DNA of 64,000 nt from a virus (Duplodnaviria > Caudoviricetes): the IMG/VR virus record IMGVR_UViG_3300034062_005626; one strand, written 5' to 3'. A model generated the notes under the pieces. That model had not been told where the DNA came from and searched no databases. It saw only the letters and a list, made by a program, of their open reading frames with translations. Every line of letters starts with the position of its first letter. The stretch's first letter is position 1. Shown here piece after piece: positions 56,261 through 64,000 of this stretch. A program made the translations under genes and the position numbers.

Positions 56261-59200
56261 TTATATTTCTACCCAAGTATTATCAGGATTGAAATAAATT
56301 GTTTCAGTAGTCCCATCTAAACTATACCCTATGATTCTTATTATATCACCAGTTCCTGAAGGTGCTGTTGTTGTTATACCACCCGTGCTTGTTGAAACGT
56401 ATAAAATATCTCCCGTGGTTGTAGAAAATCCTGCATCTCCTGAATTTCTAATATACCCTCTTATTAACATACCTTTTGACGGTTGCGTATCCAGTGCGAA
56501 GGCTAATAATCCTGTTGCTCCTGATGCTGCGTTCGCGTCAGTTGCAACCCAAGCTCCTGAACTATTATAATAGTATAAATTACCTGCGGTTGTTGAACCC
56601 GTTCCAAAGGTTACTATGTCACCATATCCACTTACGGAAGTTGTTAATTCTGTTGTTGGGTCATGATAAAATGAATAATCGCCATTAACATGTAATCTTC
56701 TTACGGGTACAATTGTACCGATTCCAACATTGTCAGTTGATGCATCAGCATAAAATAATCCATCTGTACCTCCTCCTTTAATTTGAAAATGAGATACGGC
56801 ATTTTGAGTATTATTAAATATTGAAGTTCCCTCGTCTGTAAAAATTGCGTAATTAGTAGTTGCTCCCGCCGAACTAACTCTAACACCATAATTTTCTAAA
56901 GCATCATTTGATACAGAAACATTTAAACCGTATTTAACACTTGTGCTTGGTGATGCAGTACCATTAACAATAAAACTACCACCCGTTTGAGTATCAGAAC
57001 CTAATGAATTTGTATTACTATTTGAAACTTTTATACCATTACTGTCACCGGTAGTACCATTAATTCTTGCTGAAAACGCATCGTTTGATATTGTTCCACC
57101 AAATACAGTGACATCATGACCTACAGTAGTATAACAATTACCAAAAACATTAAAAATAGTTCCAGTTTTACCCCCCACCCCATTTCCGTGGTCCCCAAAT
57201 ACGCTCCCCTCAATACCTAGTTGGTATGACGAATCTTTTAATGAATGATTTGTAATTCTAATACCTACATTTTCTCCATATATAGTACCATTACCTACTG
57301 TGACAACGGACCCGACATTTTCAACCGTTGCATCATATACTAAAATATCATGACCTGTTAAACCAGAAACAATAGCTTGCCCTTGACCTGTAACTTTTGA
57401 AACAGAATATCCAAAACTTTGACTGGTTTGTGTCGATGTAACATGTAATCCAAAAGTGTCGTTTCCTATTGAATCTAAAATAAATTGATGTCCCTGAACC
57501 GCCAATCTTTGAGTTCCTCCGTTGAATATTAAATTATTATCTGAAACTATACCTCCCGCACCATCTGAGCGTAAAACTTGGTATGTTGACCCACTAACAC
57601 TTGGCGATGTTCCACTACTTCCTGACGTTCCATTTGTACCACTGGTGCCGTTAGTTCCTGAAGTTCCATTTGCCCCTGAACTACCTGATGTACCATTTGT
57701 TCCTGATGAGCCCGAAGTACCGTTAGTACCTGATGTTCCATTCGTTCCACTTGTTCCATTTGTTCCCGAACTACCTGATGTTCCGTTAGTTCCGTCTGTA
57801 CCTGATGTTCCATTAGTACCACTTGAACCCGAGGTTCCATTAGTACCTGATGTACCGTTTGTACCGCTACTACCGCTTGTTCCGTTGGTTCCACTTGTAC
57901 CATTAGTTCCACTCGTGCCGTTTGTGCCTGATGTTCCGTTTGTGCCGCTCGAACCTGAAGTGCCGTTAGTACCTGAGCTTCCACTAGTACCGTTAGTGCC
58001 AGATGTTCCGTTAGTACCACTACTTCCTGAAGTTCCATTTGTTCCTGACGTTCCATTTGTTCCCGATGTTCCGGCAGCCGTTAATAAATTTGTCCCAACA
58101 CCCGCAGCACAGGCTGTTATGTCTATAAAGGCACCTCTTGCAGAGCCCCCTTGTTCAAAAAATCTAACTCTATTTTGCCACACGTCAAAAGTAACTCCAG
58201 TACCTGATATTGACGTGTTTGTTGCAGGTTTGTTTAATAATATTTCTCCACCTTCATCACCAGCTTGATACAATACACTTAATTTTGTACCGTCAAAAGT
58301 TAAAAGAGATTCCGCAACTATTGCTCCCGAACCGTTTGAAGTTAATATTTGGTCATTTGACCCTGGTACTGTTGGTGATGTCCCGCTACTTCCTGATGTA
58401 CCGTTTGTTCCTGAACTTCCACTCGTTCCGTTTGTCCCGCTCGTTCCATTTGTACCTGAGCTTCCACTAGTGCCGTTAGTTCCTGACGAACCACTAGTTC
58501 CACTACTACCTGATGTTCCATTTGTACCCGAACTTCCACTAGTACCATTCGTCCCGCTAGTTCCATTTGTACCTGAAGTTCCGTTAGTTCCTGATGTGCC
58601 ATTCGTACCAGATGAACCACTAGTTCCGTTTGTACCACTACTACCGCTAGTTCCGTTAGTACCACTAGTTCCGTTAGTACCACTCGAACCTGAAGTCCCA
58701 TCTGTACCTGAACTACCGCTGGTACCGTTTGTTCCGTTAGTTCCCGATGTCCCATTTGTACCTGAGGTTCCGTTTGTGCCATTCGTTCCCGATGTACCAT
58801 TTGTTCCTGACGTTCCATTCGTTCCCGATGTACCATTTGTTCCTGACGTTCCATTTGTTCCCGATGTTCCATTTGTTCCGTTTGTACCTGATGTTCCATT
58901 CGTTCCTGAGGTTCCATTTGTTCCACTAGTACCGTTTGTTCCATTCGTTCCTGAGGTTCCATTCGTTCCGCTAGTACCGTTTGTTCCATTCGTTCCGCTA
59001 GTACCATTAGTTCCTGAAGTTCCATTGGTTCCGTTAGTGCCTGATGTACCATTCGTACCAGATGAACCACTAGTTCCGTTTGTACCACTACTACCACTAC
59101 TACCACTTGTGCCATTTGTACCGCTAGTTCCGTTTGTCCCTGATGTTCCATCCGTACCTGAACTACCTGAAGTTCCGTTTGTCCCTGAAGACCCCGATGT

Positions 59201-61270
59201 GCCATTAGTACCATTTGTACCGCTAGTCCCATTTGTTCCTGAAGTTCCGTTGGTCCCACTACTTCCACTCGTACCATTTGTACCACTTGAACCCGAAGTT
59301 CCATTCGTACCGCTAGTACCATTAGTTCCACTCGAACCTGATGTCCCTGAAGAACCACTACTTCCATTTGTTCCGTTTGTTCCTGAAGAGCCGCTAGTCC
59401 CATTTGTACCACTACTACCACTTGTACCATTTGTACCTGAAGAGCCGTTGGTTCCGTTAGTGCCGCTACTACCACTGGTCCCATTTGTACCCGATGTACC
59501 ATTTGTTCCACTACTTCCTGACGTACCATTCGTACCACTAGTTCCATTTGTTCCCGAACTACCTGAAGTTCCGTTAGTGCCACTTGTTCCAGAAGACCCT
59601 GCAGGTCCTGGAGCACCCGCTAAATTAATGTCCCAAGTGGCATACGTACCCGTTCCTGTATTATTGGTACTTGAGATTACAAATGCCCCCGTAGATGAAT
59701 TATAGGATGATATTGTACCTTCAAATCTATTGGATAAATTGTGAGCAACAATTACTGTTTGACCCACAGTATATGAAAGTCCAGTACCTCCCGTTAAATT
59801 AACTGTCGTTGGGTGTACAGTTGGAATAGCTATTGATGTAGTGGATGTTGTTGAATAAATATCCCCGTCTTGACCGCTAGTGCCGTCAGTTCCTGAAGTA
59901 CCACTACTTCCTGAAGTCCCGTTTGTTCCTGAACTACCTGAAGTTCCATTTGTCCCGTTTGTTCCCGAAGTACCATTCGTTCCGGATGAACCCGAAGTGC
60001 CGTTAGTACCACTTGTACCATTAGTTCCACTTGTTCCGTTAGTTCCTGATGTTCCATTAGTTCCACTTGTACCATTAGTTCCACTTGTACCATTAGTACC
60101 GTTGGTTCCACTAGTCCCATTCGTTCCTGAAGTTCCGTTTGTGCCTGAGGAACCACTAGTACCATTTGTTCCATTTGTCCCTGAAGACCCTGATGTTCCG
60201 TTAGTACCACTTGAACCGTTTGTCCCTGAAGAACCACTAGTTCCATTTGTACCACTAGAACCTGAAGAGCCGTCCGTTCCACTTGAACCCGAGGTTCCAT
60301 TAGTGCCTGAAGACCCACTTGTTCCACTTGAACCTGAAGAACCGTTTGTTCCATTAGTACCGCTTGAACCCGATGTTCCATTTGTGCCCGATGTTCCATT
60401 TGTTCCCGATGTTCCATTTGTGCCCGATGTTCCATTAGTACCCGATGTTCCGTTAGTTCCGCTTGAACCCGATGTTCCGTTAGTACCCGATGTTCCGTTA
60501 GTTCCGCTTGAACCAGATGTCCCATTAGTACCTGAAGAACCACTAGTTCCATTAGTACCTGACGTTCCATTAGTTCCGCTACTACCACTTGAACCATCCG
60601 TACCATCGACTCCCGATATTCCACTTGTACCGTTTGTTCCTGATGTCCCACTACTACCTGAAGTGCCAGAACCTCCACCCGTAGTAAACCCTGTCACACT
60701 CACAGTTTGACCATCAGTTCTTGTTAGTTGTAAAGTTGTTGTTCCTGAATTATAGGTTCCACCTGTAACATATATGTCGGTAAATCCTGTTAAAAATCCA
60801 TTAACATTAAAAGTCCCTCCTGTATTGTTTGTAAATGTTGCAACACCATTATTTGGATTATATGTTCCTCCTGTTACAAATATTTCTGGAGGTAATCCTA
60901 AATATGTTGACGCAGATATTGTAAATGCACTTAAAGATTGTGTGAATAATGTATTTCCACTCACAGTTCCACCACTTAATGGTAGATATTCACCTGTGGC
61001 TGAACCACTATTAAAAATACTCCAATCAGTTATAGTATTTGACCATGGAGCGACATTTAACTTATAATAAGTTGTACCACCACTCACACCAACTACCATC
61101 CCCGCTCTTCTTCTTAAAGTTGGTATAGCGTTTAAATCACTTATAGTATTGACGTTTCTTAAACCATCAATACCATAAATTGGGTCAATTACCGGATATA
61201 CATCACTAGTGTCGCTTGGGGATATAAACCCAAAAACTTCAACACCACCTGATAGACTAAATGAACTCAT
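56261..61270 (-). CDS. long tail/head fibre-like protein with three Gly-(T/S)-(S/N) triplet blocks
   Basis: 1669 aa; strict Gly every third residue in three blocks separated by globular domains; beta-rich C-terminus. Confidence 0.8.
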   Translation of the reverse strand: MSSFSLSGGVEVFGFISPSDTSDVYPVIDPIYGIDGLRNVNTISDLNAIPTLRRRAGMVVGVSGGTTYYKLNVAPWSNTITDWSIFNSGSATGEYLPLSGGTVSGNTLFTQSLSAFTISASTYLGLPPEIFVTGGTYNPNNGVATFTNNTGGTFNVNGFLTGFTDIYVTGGTYNSGTTTLQLTRTDGQTVSVTGFTTGGGSGTSGSSGTSGTNGTSGISGVDGTDGSSGSSGTNGTSGTNGTSGSSGTNGTSGSSGTNGTSGTNGTSGSSGTNGTSGTNGTSGTNGTSGTNGTSGTNGTSGSSGTNGTNGSSGSSGTSGSSGTNGTSGSSGTDGSSGSSGTNGTSGSSGTNGSSGTNGTSGSSGTNGTNGTSGSSGTNGTSGTNGTSGTNGTNGTSGTNGTSGTNGTSGTNGTSGTNGTSGTNGTSGSSGTNGTSGTNGTNGTSGSSGTNGTSGSSGTSGTDGTSGQDGDIYSTTSTTSIAIPTVHPTTVNLTGGTGLSYTVGQTVIVAHNLSNRFEGTISSYNSSTGAFVISSTNNTGTGTYATWDINLAGAPGPAGSSGTSGTNGTSGSSGTNGTSGTNGTSGSSGTNGTSGTNGTSGSSGTNGTNGSSGTNGTSGSSGTNGTSGSSGTNGTNGSSGSSGTSGSSGTNGTSGTNGTSGSSGTNGTSGSSGTNGTSGTNGTSGTNGTNGTSGSSGTNGTSGSSGTDGTSGTNGTSGTNGTSGSSGSSGTNGTSGSSGTNGTSGTNGTNGTSGTNGTSGTNGTNGTSGTNGTSGTNGTNGTSGTNGTSGTNGTSGTNGTNGTSGTNGTSGTNGTSGTNGTSGTNGTSGTNGTNGTSGTNGTSGTNGTNGTSGSSGTDGTSGSSGTNGTSGTNGTSGSSGTNGTSGSSGTNGTSGTNGTSGTNGTSGTNGTSGSSGTNGTSGSSGTSGSSGTNGTSGSSGTNGTSGTNGTSGSSGTNGTSGSSGTSPTVPGSNDQILTSNGSGAIVAESLLTFDGTKLSVLYQAGDEGGEILLNKPATNTSISGTGVTFDVWQNRVRFFEQGGSARGAFIDITACAAGVGTNLLTAAGTSGTNGTSGTNGTSGSSGTNGTSGTNGTSGSSGTNGTSGSSGTNGTSGTNGTSGTNGTSGTNGTSGSSGTNGTSGTNGTSGSSGTNGTSGTDGTNGTSGSSGTNGTSGTNGTSGTNGTSGSSGTNGTSGSSGANGTSGTNGTSGTNGTSGSSGTSPSVSGSTYQVLRSDGAGGIVSDNNLIFNGGTQRLAVQGHQFILDSIGNDTFGLHVTSTQTSQSFGYSVSKVTGQGQAIVSGLTGHDILVYDATVENVGSVVTVGNGTIYGENVGIRITNHSLKDSSYQLGIEGSVFGDHGNGVGGKTGTIFNVFGNCYTTVGHDVTVFGGTISNDAFSARINGTTGDSNGIKVSNSNTNSLGSDTQTGGSFIVNGTASPSTSVKYGLNVSVSNDALENYGVRVSSAGATTNYAIFTDEGTSIFNNTQNAVSHFQIKGGGTDGLFYADASTDNVGIGTIVPVRRLHVNGDYSFYHDPTTELTTSVSGYGDIVTFGTGSTTAGNLYYYNSSGAWVATDANAASGATGLLAFALDTQPSKGMLIRGYIRNSGDAGFSTTTGDILYVSTSTGGITTTAPSGTGDIIRIIGYSLDGTTETIYFNPDNTWVEI
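57605..58075 (-). repeat. 9-bp-period Gly-X-Y repeat block 3 (GTN/GTS/GSS)
   Basis: read from sequence; synonymous codons vary between units. Confidence 0.9.
58375..59600 (-). repeat. 9-bp-period Gly-X-Y repeat block 2
   Basis: read from sequence; longest block. Confidence 0.9.
59865..60680 (-). repeat. 9-bp-period Gly-X-Y repeat block 1
   Basis: read from sequence. Confidence 0.9.
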
Positions 61271-61271
61271 A

Positions 61272-62042
61272 TTAACTACACATCCATATATTCAAATTAC
61301 TTGCGGCTTGATAGAATGTTCTATAAATATTGTAAACCACAGGGAATCCGTTTAAATCGTTTATTGTCACTTGTCCTATGTTATTCATAGGTACTACTAA
61401 TCCATCACAACCATTCGTACTTGAAACAAATCCTGACGGTTGTTGTAATGAAGTAGGAATCAATATATAACTATATGCAGAACCAAAACCAATACTTACG
61501 TAGTTGTTAATTGCTGGTGAAAGATATATAAATGTTAAATTACTAACCACCTGACCACTCGTCACAGTAGTACCTGTAAATTTACCATAGTAAACACCCA
61601 AAGGTAATGGTGTAGGACTTGGTGTAGGAGTCGGTGTCGGTGTAGGTGTTGGAGTAGGTGTTGGAACAATTACAGGTATTGTTCTTGGACCACAACAAAA
61701 ATCAGTATTTGATATAGATTCTGTAATATTAATATAAAGTCTTTCTTTCAATGGTATTTGAATTGACCCTTGACTATTTGTTACAAAAAAAGACCCTTCG
61801 TATCTTCCAACATCACTTGTGTTTCTTTTTGTAAATTGATAATATATCATTTCGTTTGTAGAATCATAAGTACAATTACCTCTTGCAACTTTATAAATAC
61901 CCGTTTCTTCATTGGTCATGTAAAACAAAATGGTGGAGCCACTCAAAGAAGAATCTTTAAGATTAAAACTTGTCCTTCCATTTTTGAAAATATCAAGACC
62001 TAAAACAGGTAAGGTTGCATTTTTTCTGATAAAAAACTCCAT
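61272..62042 (-). CDS. putative structural protein with (Pro-Thr)n linker
   Basis: start moved to 62042 (MEFFIRK); PTPTPTPTPTPTPSPTP. Confidence 0.7.
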   Translation of the reverse strand: MEFFIRKNATLPVLGLDIFKNGRTSFNLKDSSLSGSTILFYMTNEETGIYKVARGNCTYDSTNEMIYYQFTKRNTSDVGRYEGSFFVTNSQGSIQIPLKERLYINITESISNTDFCCGPRTIPVIVPTPTPTPTPTPTPTPSPTPLPLGVYYGKFTGTTVTSGQVVSNLTFIYLSPAINNYVSIGFGSAYSYILIPTSLQQPSGFVSSTNGCDGLVVPMNNIGQVTINDLNGFPVVYNIYRTFYQAASNLNIWMCS

Positions 62043-62046
62043 ATTG

Positions 62047-62053
62047 ATAAATA
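62047..62053 (-). promoter_or_regulatory. putative late promoter TATTTAT
   Basis: 4 nt before start 62042, just downstream of a terminator. Confidence 0.6.
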
Positions 62054-62061
62054 GTCCATAC

Positions 62062-62088
62062 AAGAAAAGGTGTCCTCTCGGACACCTT
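62062..62088 (-). terminator. intrinsic terminator (GAGA loop)
   Basis: minus strand AAGGTGTCC-GAGA-GGACACCTT-TTCTT. Confidence 0.85.
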
Positions 62089-62195
62089 CCTTAGATACGA
62101 AACACCCCCTTTTCTTTAAAAGTTTATGAAATCCATTTCTATTTAGATTTCTAATTGTTGTTTTTATTTGATTGTGACAACAAACACAATATTTT

Positions 62196-64000
62196 TTAAA
62201 AGAATGTATTCATTACATTTAAGAATGAATCCTGAACAATTAAACTATCGTATCCTAGTTCAATCATTTTATTTTTTTCTGTCTGTAATTCTCTTATAAA
62301 TTTTATATCTGAAATATTATTTTGACTTATTAAAGATTCAATAATAAAATCAAATCTTTTTTCAACTAATCTTTTTTCAACTAACATACTTGATTTCATT
62401 TCTTTTTGTTCTTTGATAATATTTTTAATTCTATTGTCTAAATTTGTTGTTCTACTATAAATATTTTCATTTTCATTAACTTGCAAAGTTATTTCCATAA
62501 ATTCTATTGATGGTGAAACATTTGTTAATTGTTTTATGTAATCCAAACTTTTTCTAGATAATTTATTTCTAAGTGTGGTATGACAACCAACAATTTTTTG
62601 TTTGTCTTTTTTTAATTGTGTTTTATCTATTGAGTCAGCAGAAATAGTTTTTCTATATAATGACACATAAGTTTGATAATATTGTTCAATTATATTTTCA
62701 CAACTTTTTAAATCAGAAAGTTTTTTTGGTTCTTTTTCAGGTCCAATTTTTGTTAATTCAAACTCAAAATTATTATTTTCCTTATTTGAAACTAATTTCA
62801 ATCTTTCTGTTTTTAATTCATACCCATCTTTTTCAAGGGTAATAAAAACAATTTTATTATTTTCAGGTTCAGATTTTCTGTTTAATCCTCTTTTTATTTT
62901 TCCACCCTGAAAAGGTATTACACCCTCTATTGATTTTTTTGGGTTGTTTCTATCTTCAATGATTGCAAATTCCACACCATCGATTGTTTTATTATCTTGG
63001 TCAACAACTTTAAGTAAATTGAATTTAAAAAATGCGTCATTTTTGTCAAGTTTGATATAAAATTCATTTTCACCTCTTTTTTTAATTTTTAATTTACCTT
63101 TTTCTGTGTCATACCCTTCATTTGATATTTCGTAATAAACTTCCGATGTTTCAAAATTTCTTGGTCTTCTGTCTAATTTAATAAAGTCCTCTACAGACCC
63201 TTTACCTGAAGTTAAAAGTTCTTTTTTACTACTATCTGAATAAACCATAATACTAGCATCAGACAAAGGCATATTATTTTCTGAGTCAGACGCAAGTATT
63301 GAGTATTGAAATTGTGTATTGATTGATACTTCAAAAATATTTGACGAAGACATGTCGTAAGAATCTGTTTTTATTCTACTTACTATTTTTTTTTCTTTTT
63401 TTCCATTGAATACACAAAGTTCAAATTCTTTTGGGGTTCCCTTTTTACCTTTAAAACTTGCAACAATCTGAACTTTTGTTTTTTCTTCACAAGGTAAATC
63501 TTTATTTTTTTTAAATTTATCGTTATAAGGTATTACAAAATTTGATAATTTTCCATTATTGTCGGTTTTACTTCTTGCTATTATTTCATTGCCAATTAAA
63601 AAAGATACGTCAGCGTTAGAAATATTTTCACCATCTTCATCTAAAACTGTTACATCAACAACACACACCTGTTCAGTTTTAACTATTCTTTTTGTTGCGA
63701 CCTCCTTTTTATCTAAAGATTTAAACTTATAATTTTTTTGAATTTTTGTGTTTGAAGTTATTTCTAAATTTTCTGTTTCCGTTGAACCGTAGTCCATGTG
63801 AAAAAATTTTAATTTATACGAACCAATAGGTACGTTTAGAATTTCATAGTTCCCTTCACCATCAGAAATAGCCCCATAACTTTTACCTGCGGTTGATAAT
63901 GTTACTTTTGCACCTGATAGAGGATTATCGGTTGAGTCTGTAATTTTACCAAAAACTGTTGCAGAATTGTCATCCTCATTTAGATAATATTTTTCAAAAT
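62196..64000 (-). CDS. large protein with CarboxypepD_reg-like/transthyretin-like repeats, 5' end outside window
   Basis: frame stays open from 63797 to the window edge: VFGKITDSTDNPLSGAKV..ISDGEGNYEILNVPIGSYKLKF; further repeats such as VLDEDGENISNADV..TDNNG. Confidence 0.7.
   Translation of the reverse strand, partial: FEKYYLNEDDNSATVFGKITDSTDNPLSGAKVTLSTAGKSYGAISDGEGNYEILNVPIGSYKLKFFHMDYGSTETENLEITSNTKIQKNYKFKSLDKKEVATKRIVKTEQVCVVDVTVLDEDGENISNADVSFLIGNEIIARSKTDNNGKLSNFVIPYNDKFKKNKDLPCEEKTKVQIVASFKGKKGTPKEFELCVFNGKKEKKIVSRIKTDSYDMSSSNIFEVSINTQFQYSILASDSENNMPLSDASIMVYSDSSKKELLTSGKGSVEDFIKLDRRPRNFETSEVYYEISNEGYDTEKGKLKIKKRGENEFYIKLDKNDAFFKFNLLKVVDQDNKTIDGVEFAIIEDRNNPKKSIEGVIPFQGGKIKRGLNRKSEPENNKIVFITLEKDGYELKTERLKLVSNKENNNFEFELTKIGPEKEPKKLSDLKSCENIIEQYYQTYVSLYRKTISADSIDKTQLKKDKQKIVGCHTTLRNKLSRKSLDYIKQLTNVSPSIEFMEITLQVNENENIYSRTTNLDNRIKNIIKEQKEMKSSMLVEKRLVEKRFDFIIESLISQNNISDIKFIRELQTEKNKMIELGYDSLIVQDSFLNVMNTFF

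Noticed and set aside
57522-60710. Long PLVP/VPFV-rich plus-strand ORFs and MEHQ/VVQ-rich alternative minus-strand frames
   Set aside because: Automatic consequence of the 9-bp Gly-Thr-Ser/Asn periodicity; no starts, promoters or domain content
62089-62195. Hidden small ORF, ncRNA or second recoding event after the 62196 gene
   Set aside because: No convincing start, reading-frame continuation or structure beyond the terminator hairpin

Overview
Strongly AT-rich 64-kb segment of a T4-like jumbo myophage genome read in standard code 11. The host is probably a Bacteroidota member, inferred from TTTG-N19/20-TAnnTTTG promoters, phage bS21 and a CarboxypepD_reg-like domain. Layout: (1) 0.8-20.5 kb, a homing endonuclease followed by an operon of about 20 glycan genes (glycosyltransferases, methyltransferases, GDP-fucose and GDP-L-galactose enzymes) with dut, nadE and phoH; (2) 20.5-27.7 kb, a gp55-like late sigma factor and baseplate/structural genes; (3) 27.7-41.7 kb, the minus-strand head module (major capsid, scaffold, protease, portal, TerL) with rpsU on the opposite strand; (4) 41.8-49.3 kb, divergent dnaK/clpC, a peptidase and a tmRNA not shown in the ORF track; (5) 45.9-51.1 kb, three small proteins with a shared leader, one containing an annexin repeat; (6) 51.7-64 kb, two heptosyltransferase-fold genes next to a 1669-aa Gly-(Thr/Ser)-(Ser/Asn) repeat fibre. 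Best candidates for new biology: (a) a 13-nt stop-containing insertion that splits the first glycosyltransferase, directly behind the homing endonuclease and a strong RNA stem, resembling a miniature T4 gene 60/MobA ribosomal-bypass cassette; (b) a TibC/AAH-type protein O-glycosyltransferase paired with a Ser/Thr-repeat fibre, suggesting virion glycosylation; (c) a capsid-targeted annexin-like protein; (d) a tmRNA with an atypical tag and T-loop near an N-domain-less ClpC. All family assignments come from motif recognition by eye, not database searches.
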